The notes beneath the pieces are model-generated. The model was given only the letters and a program-made list of their open reading frames with translations. It was not told the origin of the DNA and did no database searches. This document shows positions 1 to 12,795 of a stretch of 64,000 nt of DNA, one piece after another. Numbering within the stretch: position 1 is the stretch's first letter; each line of letters begins with the position of its first letter. The stretch comes from Moniliella sp. 'wahieum' (taxonomy: Eukaryota). The DNA is taken from the NCBI GenBank assembly GCA_003971905.1, contig RSEE01000066.1, positions 62,001 through 126,000 on the forward strand. Reading direction: 5' to 3'. The translations under genes were made by a program, and so were the position numbers.

Positions 1-752
1 GGCCGGAGCGGAGGGAGGCGGATCGGCCGATGGAGGAGGCGTATGCGGAGGTGGGCGTGGGGGAGGGGGCGGGGGCGGGGACGATGGCCATGCCGATGCC
101 GGCGCGACGCCGGGGGCAAAGGTGGGGAGGGGCGTGGGGCGGCGGGCGCGGCGGAGAGAGCGCGGCTGCGGGAGCGGAGGCGGGTGGTGGCGGGCGGGCT
201 GGATGCGCCGATGTCGGCATCCACGCGCTCGTACGGCGGCTGTACGGCGGGAGGGGCGCACCTCGGGAGGGCGACGCGCTGCGGATAATCATGGCTGTGT
301 GTTTTGCCGGATGCCCGATGCCTGCGCCCAGCCGAGCGGTGGTGGTCGCCAGAAGAGACGCCGGCCTCCGCCGCCCGCTGCTCGTGCCCGCCAGTTCCGC
401 CGCCCCACCTGCACCATTCTCACGCCAATTCCGCCGGGGGGGTGGTTTGAAGCTTGATAAGCGCTCGCCTATCACATGTCGCACATCACGCATCACACAT
501 CACAGCCAGTTCGGATTCCCTGTCGGTGGTACGTTTTGCTCCGGCGTCATATCGGCCGGTGGGGCAGCACCGGCAAACCGAAAATCCCCCCAGCCGAAGC
601 CCGTTGAATGTCGTCGCGGCCAGGGGAGAGGCCGGGCGGCGCGCCGCTGTCTCGAGTTGTTTAGGTTTCTTGGGTTGCTCTCTCCGCATCCGGTGGGGCA
701 GCTCACCATCTTCTGCCTCCTCTCCCTCCCCCTCTTCTCTCCATCCCTCACC

Positions 753-1988
753 ATGGCAGACGAAACCGACGTGGGCGCCATCCGCCAACCCATCGACCAG
801 GATGCACTCAACGCCTATCTGGCCCACACCCCCTCTGGCCGCTTAGCCCCCGTCCACATTGATGGGCAGTTCGCCTTTGGCCAGTCCAACCCCAGCTACG
901 CCCTGACCGGCAGCGACGGCGCCAAGTATGTCCTGCGCAAGAAGCCCCCCGGCGCCCTGGTCTCCCGCACGGCCCATGCCATCGAGCGCGAGTTCCGCGT
1001 CCTGCACGCCATCCACACGGCCAACATGCGTCTGGCGGATCCGGCGCGCACTGTGCCGGTCCCCGAGGTCAAGGTTCTCTGCACCGATGCGGCTGTGATC
1101 GGCACTCCGTTTTACATTATGCGCTTTGTCCCTGGCCGCATCTTCACCGACAACCGTCTCCTGGGTCTGTCCGCACGCGAGCGTGCCGAATGCTGGACTT
1201 CAGCCATGCAAGTCCTCGCCAATCTCCACAACATTGACGTGACCAGCGCTGGTCTTGGCGATTACGGCCGATCCCAAGGCTTTTACCCGCGCCAACTCAA
1301 GTCATTGACGGCGGTAGCGAGTGCCCAAGCAGCTGTAGCCAACCGCAAGGGAGACAAGGTGGGTCCGATCCCGCACTTTGATCCATTGGTTTCCTGGCTC
1401 GCCTCCCACTTGCCTCAGGACCAGACAACCCTCATCCACGGCGACTTTAAAATCGACAACCTCATCTTTCACCCCACCGAGCCCAAGATCGTCGCCGTCT
1501 TGGACTGGGAACTGTCCACTCTCGGTCATCCAATGAGCGACTTGGCCAATCTCTTGCAGTGTTTCACTCTGCCTCCTACTCCGGGCATGTCCTTGGACCA
1601 AGTTTTGCATGATCCCACCGCCTCAGTGACTGCTCTAGAATCGCACTCCACCCTGTTGACGTTCGGGATGCTGCCGCCGGACCAGACGCCCATCCCACCC
1701 TTGAACCAGCTTATGCAAACGTACCGTACCGCCCGTCACAACGGGGCAGCCAGCCAGACTACGCCCGAGCAAGACCAAGTCTGGAGTGCAGAATGGCACT
1801 TTGCTGCCGCCTGGGCCTGGTTCCGATTGGCCGTGATCACGCAAGGCATTGCGGCTCGAAATGCGGCAGGCCAAGCGAGCAGTGCCAAGGCCACCGCCTA
1901 CGGACGTCTGTTTCCCACCTGCGGTAATAACGCCTGGCTGATTGCGCAAGGCAAGGAAACGACCCTGGGCAAACAAAGCAAACTATGA
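753..1988 (+). CDS. Stand-alone aminoglycoside-phosphotransferase-like protein (ACAD10/ACAD11 N-terminal-type), probably peroxisomal
   Basis: Motifs [35 protein letters not shown] and [11 protein letters not shown]. Ends in SKL* (PTS1). Start taken at CCATGGCAGAC after a pyrimidine-rich leader. Confidence 0.9.
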   Translation: MADETDVGAIRQPIDQDALNAYLAHTPSGRLAPVHIDGQFAFGQSNPSYALTGSDGAKYVLRKKPPGALVSRTAHAIEREFRVLHAIHTANMRLADPARTVPVPEVKVLCTDAAVIGTPFYIMRFVPGRIFTDNRLLGLSARERAECWTSAMQVLANLHNIDVTSAGLGDYGRSQGFYPRQLKSLTAVASAQAAVANRKGDKVGPIPHFDPLVSWLASHLPQDQTTLIHGDFKIDNLIFHPTEPKIVAVLDWELSTLGHPMSDLANLLQCFTLPPTPGMSLDQVLHDPTASVTALESHSTLLTFGMLPPDQTPIPPLNQLMQTYRTARHNGAASQTTPEQDQVWSAEWHFAAAWAWFRLAVITQGIAARNAAGQASSAKATAYGRLFPTCGNNAWLIAQGKETTLGKQSKL

Positions 1989-2010
1989 ATGATATCGATC
2001 GAGTTCAGCC

Positions 2011-2855
2011 TGTCACGGGCTGCGGCGGACACGAGATGGTCCGACCCAAGCTAAGGCCCGCCTGCTCCGAACATGCCCAGTAGAGCGTGCTCCGCAGGCC
2101 AACCAAGTGTGATGATGGTTGGCTAAATTAAGTATCGTGGCCGAAGGGCCATGCATCCGCGCGGCAATAGTCGCCCCCGCCCAAGTCCAAGTCGGCCGTC
2201 GGCCTAAATAAGGCCACCGAGCTTCCAGTGCCGTGGCGACGTCTGTCGCCCCGTCCCCGTTTCATTTTCCTTTCTCGGTCGCGCCTGCGGCGACCACCCC
2301 CGCTTTTGACGCGTCTTCCTTTCTACACCCCTCTTGTATCCGTTTCCCTTTTGATCCTGCCTGTACCCCTGGTTGATGGGGATCTTTTCCCCCACCTTCC
2401 ATTCTCGTCAACTCTCGTCTCCACCCTCGTCCCTTCCCGCCTATCCTGTCCGACTCCTGCCCGTTTTCCAGCCAATTGATCCAGTACAGGCAGCCCCTCT
2501 TGTTAGCGCCCGACATCTCTCCGACCTCGTCCTCCAGCCCTTCGTCAGTCCAATCGCGCGAGCCCTCCTTCGGTCGCGGCGATTCCCAGTCCCAGTTAAG
2601 GCAGTGTTTGTCCGCCGCTGCCTCCTCCCGTCCCTAAGTCCCGGAGGCTTCAGACACGTTACTACGGCCCAAGCCGGTGGAGACGCAGCCTTGCCACACG
2701 TGCAGCCGCCCCACCAAATGCCTCTCTCGTCCCTAGCTCCGCTCGGACACACCAGCCAGCCTAAGCCCGAACTACCGTGAGTCGACCTACCGTCGCCTAA
2801 GGGGTTGTACCCCAAAACCCCAGGGCGGCCCCCCTGGCGGCGCCCGCCCGTGACA
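2011..2855. mobile_element. Solo LTR of an LTR retrotransposon (845 bp)
   Basis: Starts TGTCACGGGC (2011) and ends GCCCGTGACA (2855), a perfect 10-bp terminal inverted repeat with TG...CA ends. Flanked by a 5-bp direct repeat CAGCC (2006-2010 and 2856-2860). Confidence 0.85.
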
Positions 2856-5053
2856 CAGCCTGCTGACCTCTGAAAATGAATTTTTCTCGGTTGTGCTAGT
2901 CAGATGAGAGTCTCCCACTAACTTGAACGGGTCTTTGTCGACGTCAGGGATAACGTGATAAATAGGGCCCGAGACCCAGGCGAGCGAGCCCAGCAAGGAA
3001 GACCCAACATGATCGAGATGCGAGTCTAGATTTGCCTGCCTAGTACACCCCATCTTCAAGTTCAGGGAAGATGACGGCTTATTCGTCTCGTTGTCGCTCA
3101 CCTCGGTCTTATGGGGGCAATAAACATAATGTGCGCCCAACCATAACGCTTACAAACCAAGGCGAAGCGACGCCCTGGATCGGAAAAGGTGTGAAGTGAA
3201 GCTTGAAGACAGATTGATTGTTGCTGCGGCTCGGCCGCGCTGGGAAATTGGACTGAGAACCACCTCTTCTTCCTGTGGGCATTTGTTCGTCTCGTCCATG
3301 TCTTCCTCGTCAATTTCGCCCTCATGCACTTCGTATTCTACACTCCCCCCCAATAACTCCCGAGCCAACCGAGGTGTATACGCTGACCAATGCTCCGCTC
3401 TCGGCTCCGACCCAGATGCATGTCGCCATTCCTGCTCATGCCCGCTACCCTATGGACTGAGAGAGGCAAAACTAGTACCCGAGTGGGCCTGCGAGTCCAT
3501 TGTAGGATTCTAGTGGTGTGTGGGTCCCATATGGGGCGAAGGGGTAGACGATGGAGGGTCCCGTTATGTAGCTTCGTTTGATTGCCTGGCGCAGCGGTGG
3601 GAGCGTAGACACAAAGCATGCGCGATGACTGTGAGATCCGAGGTAATTCGTGAGCGAAGAAGGCTAATGACATAGGCACCGGTCAATGTCGTCAACGTTG
3701 TCAACAAACGCCGAAAAGACAGAAGGGGTCAAGGTCGTATTAGCAGCCACTAGTCACTATATCTAGGCTGCAGCCACTGTGACTACTCAACTATTGAGTA
3801 CTCAACCCGTTTATAACGAGCGGGGCAGGTGGGGTTGAGCCCAACCCTAATGCTAGCGCTGAGAGTGCGTCAATCGTTAACGGACAACCGGTAAACGTAA
3901 CCGCGTAACCCGAACCAATGCTAAGCGCTAACGAGCAAACAATTGCACCGGTCACGTGCTATTGCGTCACAGTCAGTGGCACTACCAGCAGGCGGCCGAT
4001 GACATGTGACATGTGACATGTGACAGGTATAATCATCACCTGGTCACTTCATCGTCACTGCATCCCTCCTTCCTGTTTTTGCTTCCAAAAGCACAAGATC
4101 GACCACCCCGATCGCCATCCCCCTACCTTTGGCTGCCCCCCACTAGTTCCCACGCCAGCCCCCTTGTGGCATGGATCTGGCCCCATTGGCATGACATAAT
4201 GTGACACACAACGGGCTACCCTCCCGCAATAGTTGTAACGCCTCACCTCTCGCCCCACATGCCCCCCCATCCCGCGTGCCCCAAGTCGCCCATTTGACAG
4301 AGATGACCACCGTTGGGCACAAGAATTCGTCCTATGTCGTGCTAGCCGAACCCGAGCAACGCTGAATCCGCTCTGTCTCTCTCGTTCACGTCATCGCGTC
4401 ATCGAGCATAGCTAATCGAAATTTCTTGTGCAATCTTGTGGGCCTTGCCCACCTTGAATTTTGTACGTAGTCCTCACATATCTATCCGGAACCTTGTTAC
4501 CAGCGTTTCGATTAGCTATGGATCCACTCCTCATAAGAGTCAACGTCCGACGTACAACATATGTAACGCATGTGCAATAGCGGAAGGCGACCGTGGACGC
4601 GAGAAGAGCGAGCTCTGTCAACCGATCCGAGAACAATCTGAGAGCGTTCCCCTGTGTTCCCCTCCCGGTGCAACATGCACCGCACATGTCTGTGAAGCAA
4701 AAAGCCACTGTTTATGACGTTCATCATGAGACCCCCTCCCATCCACTGTGGTTCATCGATCATCCCTCTATCACGGCGACAAAAGCGTGAAACGCTCTTT
4801 CAAAGCGCTCGTTTTCCTCCAGCGCCCTTCTCGTTTGAATGGGCATCGGTCCAATCCAATCCCGCATCAACACCATGTTCTGATATCAAATATCGGACTT
4901 CACATGCATATGATGAGGCGCTCCACTGGCCAAGTGCAGTGCCGTTCCCCTCCGCGGCGTGGGCTCAACAACTTATGCTTGTGAAAACGTGCAGGAGGCC
5001 TAAGGACCTCCTCTGAAGAAGCTCCTCTGAAGCGCGTCTCGATATATATATCA

Positions 5054-5230
5054 CAAGGAGGACCACCGGGCCTACGGCCCGGTCGGCTGGGGCTTCGCCC
5101 CAGCTTGGTGCTGCGTCGCCACCTTAGCACCGTTCCCCCTTCGCCACCTTAGCCACCGGTCCCCTTCCCCACCTTAGCCACCGTTCCACCGTCGCTACCG
5201 TTCCACGCTGGAACCCTTCCACGCTGGAGA
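5054..5230 (-). mobile_element. Helitron-like 3' end, copy 1 of a twin-hairpin repeat
   Basis: Hairpins ACCGGGCC-TAC-GGCCCGGT (5065-5083) and GCTGGGGC-TTC-GCCCCAGC (5086-5104). Minus-strand end reads CTTG|T. Subterminal repeats CCACCTTAGC(C)ACCG. Homologous to 42762-42870 and 45716-45800. Confidence 0.55.
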
Positions 5231-5339
5231 GGGCAAATAATATCACCGATTCTCTGGCTGCGGGTGGCTGGGAACGTGGCATCGGTCGGCACGTGCCTAT
5301 GACCGTAAAAGTGTGTAGGATTTCCCAGCCGATCTATGA

Positions 5340-5482
5340 ATGGCGTGAGCCGGAGGGTCCTGATATCCTGGCGATCCCCTGGTCCCTTATCTTGGTGGCG
5401 CTTCCAAGTAACCCCCGCAAGATGAACGGTTCGGTTTAGACGTAGCGTTCCCCCTGTCCCAGCCTAAGCTCTGTCAATGGAA
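5340..5482 (+). repeat. Dispersed repeat nearly identical to the reverse complement of 41582-41731 (3' region of or next to the CRE-like element)
   Basis: TGGCGTGAGCCGGAGGGTCCTGATATCCTGGCGATCCCC...GACGTAGCGTTCCCCCTGTCCCAGCC(T)AAGCTCTGTCAATG is shared by both loci. Confidence 0.85.
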
Positions 5483-6596
5483 TGCACACAATATAGAGAT
5501 CTGTACACAAATGATTCAGCCGTAAGGTTAAGCTCTAAGGAGAGTGTTGTCGAGTATATATACCACCGACAGAGAGGGCAAAGCAAGCCTTGACTGCACC
5601 AGTGGGGGAGTTGCAGTGCTGTAAATGTGAGCGTGTAAGGATGTGGCATAGGTTCAAGTGATGCGCGTGACAGAGGCTTTGATTATCGTTTGTCAGTCTC
5701 GTTTTCAAAGATGATCGATGAATGAATATCTTGTGAGAATAGTCCCAGATCTCAGATGCCAAGCATCTTAATCTCTGCGCTCCAAGACTCACAGAGGGGT
5801 TTCAATGTGCAATGACAGCATGATAGGCCACTCTCTATTAGAGAGAGGCGCTCAGCCAGCGCTGAGGGCTGAGGCGATGAAAGCTGAGGCTCAGCTCCCA
5901 CAGCCAGCATGCAGCACTTCAAGCTCCAGTACTCAGGACTCAGTGGCCAGCAAGCACCCGACCTCAGGCCTCTGTTGCTCTGCACGTCGCAAGCGTTTCA
6001 AGAGCGTCAACATCTTCACGCGACTGAAGAGGAGGAGACTCTGGATCACCTCCGCACCACAATAATTGTGTTGATATCAATGCGATCGGTGAAAACATGA
6101 TGCAGCGATCAGCGCTCTGAAGCTCCCAGATCTCATATCTCAGGCTGGCGATCAAGCTCCTCGCGTCAAGCTAAGCTTCAAGCGTCACGCCGAGTTTATT
6201 TCTCCCCGAGTGCGGTAGCCGATCGATAGAAGCCATAGATCGATCACACGCATCAGGACTCTTGAACGTTGCACGTTGGACGTTGATGTCGATGATTACC
6301 GATGCATGAGATCATCGTGGACTACATCATCTTAGACATCATCGACATCATGCACAATTCGCCAATAGTCGTTCAGCCTTACTGTGTGCGCACACTGCTG
6401 CCTGCGCCCCAGTACCGCCTGTTTTAACCCTCACCCACACCCTTCTTCCACGCACGCAGCTCTTGTTGAACGGCCGACAACCAGATTGGAGCCTAGCCTA
6501 GGATTCCTTTTCTCTGACAGTGTGCACAGTGCACTTTCTTTCTTTTCGACGACCACATCACTCCACATCTCCCTGTTGGTTTCCCCGCGTCAGAAC

Positions 6597-8031
6597 ATGA
6601 TGTCTAACGACAACGGCGCCGCTGCTGGCGAGCAAAGTGGCAACTGGAGCCAGGTGCGTCTTCTGTCCTCCTCACTCGGGACCGGTGTTCTAACTTGAGT
6701 TTCGATCGGTGGGGCGGGGGGCAGTTCCTCAAGTCTTTGACTTCCTTTTCAGGAGATTTGTCGGCTCTGACCGCTCCTGCCTTCATTTTTCTCCCACCTC
6801 GTTGCTGGAATTTTCGGCCTAGTACGTCTGTTCCACCACCGAGACCTCTCTTGCCACCTTTTGAGACAAGTGTCGGTTGGTACTGACCTCTCGCTGTTCC
6901 TCTTTTCAAAAGTTGGGGAGATCATCCTGAGGTCTTGGCATCCATCACAGAGCCAGAAGATGCCTTGCAACGCATGCTGAACACGGTACGGTTTATGTAT
7001 CCACTCTCAAGGGGCGTACACGGCGCGGAATGAAGAAATGGGGAGCGAAAAGAAGCCTCTCAACCCCATCTTGGGCGAATTGTTCATGGGAAAGTGGTCC
7101 GATGACGCATCCAACGGCAAGGGGGAAACCATCCTGGTTGCGGAACAAGGTATGTTCTCTCCAAGAGTCGGTCTTGATGATGACCCATCCTTGGTACACT
7201 GCCTTCTACAAGAGAAAGTAATACGGCGCACTAACCTTTAACTACCCAGTCTCTCATCACCCTCCCGTGTCGGCGTACCATTTGGAAAACCCAACGGCCC
7301 ACGTTAGCGTGGAAGGCCACAATGGGCAAAGCACTCACTTTTCCAAAGGGTCCATCTCTGTCAAGCAAGAGGGCCACGCCATGGTGCACACCCAACCGCC
7401 GGGAAAGATTTCGAGGCGTACTTGATTACGCTGCCAGAACTCTCGGTCGAGGGACTGATTACGGGCAAGCCGTACATTGAGCTGCACAACACGGCGTGCC
7501 AGATCTGCTCCAGCTCGGGGTACGTGGCCACTTTGGAATTCTCGGGCAAAGGCTGGGTCAGCGGCAAGCCCCATCAACTGACCGTGACCGTTGCGCCCAT
7601 CAAGCAACGGAAAAGGTACTGTAACGATCCAGGGGGACTGGACGGGTCAAATGCATTATGTCGGTCCGTCCCTCGGGCGCGGCGAACGAGCTGTTTGGGA
7701 CGCCAACCAGTCGCCGCGAAAGCCAATTGAGGTCAAAGACGTGGCGGAGCAGGCGGAAAACGAAAGCCGCGTCTGTGGCAGACGACCGCCCAAGGCATCC
7801 TCTCCTCCAACTACGAGCAGGCCAATAAGAGCAAGACGGCTATGAACAAGCGCAGCGCGAGAAGCGCAAGCTCGAGGCCGAGGGCAAGCTGCCCCGCATG
7901 AGAACCAGCTATTTCTCGAGATTGACGACGATCCCGAATATGCCACGTTGGCGGCCTATGCGGGCCACAAACCAGCCCATCAGAACACCTATCGCCGCAA
8001 GATTGCGACCAAGGGCACAGAATCAATTTGA
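6597..8031 (+). CDS. Oxysterol-binding protein, Kes1/Osh4-like (multi-exon, frameshifts)
   Basis: FLKSLTSFSGDLSALTAP, EKKPLNPILGELF, LVAEQ|VSHHPPVSAY (OSBP signature split by an intron) and ITLPELSVEGLITGKPYIEL. GT-AG introns at about 6654, 6822 and 7150. Confidence 0.9.
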
Positions 8032-8307
8032 TTGGTCTGGCCGTCGCTTTCCTACTTGACACTGCTTCTCCTGTATGTTCCTTTGGATCGGATGCATGCG
8101 TAGTAATAGCATTATTCTCGGCTCCCGGGCAAGTGCGAACAAAGGGAGGCGAACATAGTGATGCGATGCATTCTATAATAAGCCCTGAGCGTACAGGGAT
8201 TCGGAGTAGGTTCACAGTCGCAATAACCCGTAGGAGTAGGCGGGCGGCGGGTGGGGATGGGGCCGTTCATTCGACTCAACGCCGTTGGGGAGCTCAGTTT
8301 CTTGGCT

Positions 8308-9871
8308 TTACTTGGTGCCATTGGCAAACTCGACCACCGCCCACTTGCCATTGACACGCCACCTTGGGTCTTCTGCCTCGGCCTTTTTGGCGTTATCCAA
8401 GGGCACGCCGACCAAGACATTGGCCTTGTTGGTCCGGAGCGACAGGAGGGGGAACTTGCCGTTCAGCGGCCCAATAGCCGACGTAAAGGGCGTATCCACT
8501 TCCCAGAGACCGTCTGAGGTCAGCTTGCGATAGTTCAGATCGCCCTTGAAGATCACCAAGTCGCTCTTCTGCAGCTCAGCGAGCAGGGCAGGATCCTTGG
8601 CGGGCAAGTCGCAGTATGCGTAAGCCTCTGTCCAGAACGTCTCTTGCACTTTGAATGCCGTTTCGTCGGCAAGGGCTTCGGCCAATGTGTCGTGAATCTG
8701 GACCGGCTGGGCGACCTTGAAACGTCCATCGAGGAAGTACACCTTCCACCGGGCCGAGGTGCGCTTGACGGCAGAGTCGCCCTCACCTGTAATGTGCTCA
8801 AAGAAGCGCTCATCTTCTTGGAGAGCGTTGAGCGTCAAGCTCACGTCCCTCGGCACGACGTCCGACACAAACCAGGGGAACGTCTTGGGGTGGAAGACGA
8901 CCTCCGAGGCAAACTGGTTGTGCACAAGCCACTCGGCAAACGCCAAGTCCGAAACCAACTCAAACCCGGCATTGTCCAGACAAAGTCGATCCGCCCTGCT
9001 TTGCCCCCATTTTGGAGGTGTTGCGCACGCCGAGCACGCAGGTGGGCCCAGGTAGCGTCGAACGAATCAGATATCAGATATAAAACGCCGACGCTTCTCC
9101 TGCTCCTTGGCACCGGTTGCCTGCAGCGCCTGCAGGTCCTTGTACGACATGCCGGTCAACAGAGACAAGTCCGTCGCATTGCCCCAGAGCGAAAGCTGGG
9201 CCATCTCGAGAAACAGGAGTGTTTCCGCGTCTTGCTCCTCCTTGTCATCCAAGGACCGGCCAGTCTGGGACGGCGCTAACGCCAGAATACGTTCCAGGTT
9301 TTCGGCCACGGCCTTGACACCGGCACCGGACGATTTGAAGGCACCCATCTTGCCAGTTGCAAAGTAATCGTAGGCTGTCCAGAACTTGGAGCTGGTAAAG
9401 AAGGAGCGAAGACGAGCATAAAGGTAACACTCGGCAAAGAGCCTACAAAAACAAACATGTTAGTCCAAACTGTGCATGCACTGTTCATGCAACAGATCCT
9501 TGTTGAATGGTACATGAGAATTGGGAAATAGTACGCACCAAGGGGCCGTAACCCAAGTCCAGTCGTGTGCAGCCACCATGGCATCGTAGTTCTTGGCCAA
9601 GGGCGAGCCGATCGGGGTCAAGGCCTTGCTCTCGCCCAGCTCGGCGATCAAGGAACGAACACGCGTCGCGATCTCCCGCTTCGGCAGCCTTGCCGGCAGG
9701 GGTCAGGCTACTGTCGGCGTGGGCCTGGTCCAGCTCCTTGAGCACGTCGGACAGGATGGAAGGCCAGCGCTTCTGGACGCTCTCCTGGGCAAAGCCACCC
9801 TGGAGGACGGCGGAGTCGAGCTTGACGGGGGGGACCCACATCTGGGGGTCGTTGGTGGGGGGGGAGGCCAT
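8308..9871 (-). CDS. DUF89 / ARMT1-like damage-control metal-dependent phosphatase
   Basis: RWPSIL at the N-terminus, WLFAECYLY across an intron, SLWGNATDLSL, HPKTFPWFVSDV, IFKGDLNYRKL and LSLRTNKA. Confidence 0.9.
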
Positions 9872-10331
9872 AGCGAAAGAGAGCAACGAAGGGGGCGGCT
9901 GAGCGGGGGGGGGGGAAAGGAAGAGGAAGAGGATGAGGCAGCAGCAGCAGCAGCTATGAGCTGTGCGTTGGGGTTGGGTCTCAGGCTGAGATGCAACCAC
10001 TCGGCGATGCATCATCGACATCGATCACCGATCACCATGCATGGCGCCGCTGCATCGATGGCGTGAGCACGGGCCAGCGGCGTTGGGCCATCCTCCTCGC
10101 TTCAAATTTCAAATTCCATTCCGCCCGTCCGCGCTGAATATTGAATCGAGCATCGAGCATTGTATTGAACGTTCAACTCATGAATGGCCCACAGCATCCA
10201 TCCGCCCGAGGGGGGTCGCCCCAAAAACCACCGAAGCACCCAGTGAAACTTTCTGCCCCGACTCGGCTCGTCCGCGCCATCGGCCATCAACCTCCAGCGC
10301 CGTGGCGGGCGTCTTCCCCTGCGGGCTCGAC

Positions 10332-12583
10332 ATGCATGCGCCCCCCCTCAGCGCCCCGGACCCGGGGTGCGCCGAGGTGTTGAATCCGCCGCTCCGCTTC
10401 GGCCTGGTCGCCTTGGCTCCCTGCTGCGACGACCACGCGCTGTACCGCGGTGCGTACCCGCGTCCCCGCCACGCCGCTTTCCTTCGCGCGCTTGGCATCC
10501 GCACCATTGTATCTCTTACCCCCAAGCCCCTGCGCAAGTACGCCGACAGCGACCCGCTACCCACACGCTCTGGACCTGGATCGAGCCGGATGGCATCACC
10601 GTCATCCACGTTCCTGCCGCCAAGGCCAAGGAACGGGAGGACGTGCCGCTGAGTCAGACGGATTTGGTGCTGGCCTTGCGAAGCATCCTCCGTGCCGACT
10701 TGGCCCCGATTTACGTCCACGATCTCGATGGCGACTCGCCGTTCCGCTTCTGGTGGGTGCGCTGCGTCGCATCCAAGGCTGGTCGTCCGAGGCAATCAAG
10801 GCCGAGTTGCAGCGCAGTATCAAGCCCGATGCCTCCCCCGACGCTGAGCCGATCCCCAGCTCCGTGTTGCGCTGCGTATTTGACATGGGCACCAGCCCCA
10901 TCGAGCCCCCTGCACCAGCTGTGCCGTATCCCTCCATTGATGTCGACCCCAGTCAGCTGGCCGAGACGAGTGACCCGAGTTGCGGACCGGTAGTGCTCCC
11001 CCCACCCCCCTTGGGAGCACCAGTACCATTATCTCCGTGGCTGGTCCTTCCTCGCCGAAGTTGCCTGCCTCAATGGCTGTGGCCTGCCCAGTCGGGCATT
11101 TCATCCATCGCAACCGACGAGGAGAATGCAGCGTCTCGAGGTAGAGATCCTGGCCGGGGCAATCTCGCGTGGAGCTCCAATTCTCTTGGTCCTGTGTTGG
11201 CCAACGAGGACGAACGCTCGCTTCATTGGCTCCTGGACCCATGGGCTTGGCATGGACTGGAGAGAGGATTCGCACTGTACTGCTATGCACGCAGGAGTGA
11301 TGTGTCGGGAGTGGCAGCGCCCGGGGCGTTCCCTGAGCCTCCTGCCAGTGAACGTACCCCCCTGTTGGCAGGGCAGGACCTCACAGGCCGGGGACGAAGA
11401 CGGATGCTACCAGAACAACCTTGGACCGTGGCCGATGCAGCTGGCTACGTCGCTGCGGCTGCTACGCAGAACCGGCTCTTTCTTCCGGTCGAACATCCTA
11501 CCTACCGCGGCTCGGCTTTGACCCCGAAGACCCTCGCTGGTACCTCGCTCACCCCATGTCGTCAACCCACGTTCTCCGTCCTGAGCTGGTAGCGCGTCTG
11601 CGCTCCACCAGCTCGGTCCGCACGCAGCCCGCTCCGCCTGTCATGGTCGGACAAGGATCGCCCACCTCTTTCCCGACGCGCCGCACCCGCTCCACCCCAC
11701 GCCTTGTCGCCCCTGAGACCGAGACCGATCCGATTGCCACCCGCCCGCGATCCATCCTGGTAGCCAACGTGGGCGCCAACGAGTCTCCTCTCTCTGGCAT
11801 CAGCGATTTGCCTCACCTTGCCCCCCCTTTGCGCCCATGTTGGACGGGGCTGCAAGCGACGGCGGGGCCGCTTCGCACCTTGGCTCCCCTGCGTCCGAGG
11901 CGGTGGATACCGTGTCCCCAACCGGCACGGAGCGCAGTCCGATCGGCTTGGATCCTTCTGGCTTTCGGACCCAGGCCGCCCGCAAACCCGTTGGCTCCGA
12001 GTTGGACAAGCTCGTTCCGGGAGCGTGGCCCACCTCGCCCCCCCACCAAGCGATGTTTTCTCCTTCCGAATCGACCGCCACCGCCACGGCTTGGGCTGTG
12101 CCCTGTGTCGCGCGACCTATTCTCTCCTGTCTCAGCACCAGGGATGGGCAAGATGCATTTGGCGCCTACGCCGACCACGAGGCCCCAGAGCGTGGAAACC
12201 ATGCCGATTGTTAGCCCCCTCTCCATGCTTCTTCTGAGCTCAGTACGATCGCCGCGCCTTCGTCCACCTTGGCTCACTCCCTGTCGGTATCAACTACGCC
12301 CCCGCTACCTACCCGAGCCCAACATGCCGAGCCTGATCAAGCCGATCAAGCTGCACCCCAGCGTCCCGGCCTAGCCCGATCACCGCTCAATGACGAGGAG
12401 GCGCTGGACAATCTGGATGAGGAGGAGGAGAAGAGAGAGGAAGAGGAAGAAGAGGAAGAGGAGGAAGAAGAAGAAGAAGAGCGTGGGGGGACTGATGATG
12501 AAGAGGAAGAGGAAGAGGACGAAGACGAGGAAGAAGAACATGACGACCGTGTTCTCCAAGCGCTGGACTTGGACGGGTACTGA
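10332..12583 (+). CDS. Oca6/Siw14-family tyrosine-phosphatase-like protein with a long low-complexity C-terminus and acidic tail
   Basis: LNPPLRFGLV...LYRGAYPRPRH..FLRALGIRTIVSLTPKP, then PIYVHDLDG and LRRIQGWS. Several frameshifts. Poly-E/D tract at 12410-12545. Confidence 0.7.
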
Positions 12584-12795
12584 GTCCCTGTTATTTGCAT
12601 CGGCATGTCTGGCATCGGCATGTCTGTTGCTTTTTTCTCGGGGGGAGCAATGGACAAAATGTATACTTGTCTCAATATGGGGGTGAGCAATGTCATAGTG
12701 ACACAACCTCGGTATGTATAGCAGGGGTTCAGGGGAGAGCACAAGGCTGGTGTTTGTTGTACATGGAAAAGGAGATACATGAGGGGCACAACTCG

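Noticed and set aside
30..752. 243-aa N-terminal extension of the first ORF
   Set aside because: GC-rich open frame with no domain. The pyrimidine leader and the ATG at 753 mark the likely start. The first 250 bp may belong to a divergent minus-strand gene leaving the window.
2860..3502. Minus-strand frame of about 210 codons with two stops and an acidic patch
   Set aside because: No recognisable family; cannot be distinguished from a chance frame or TE relic.
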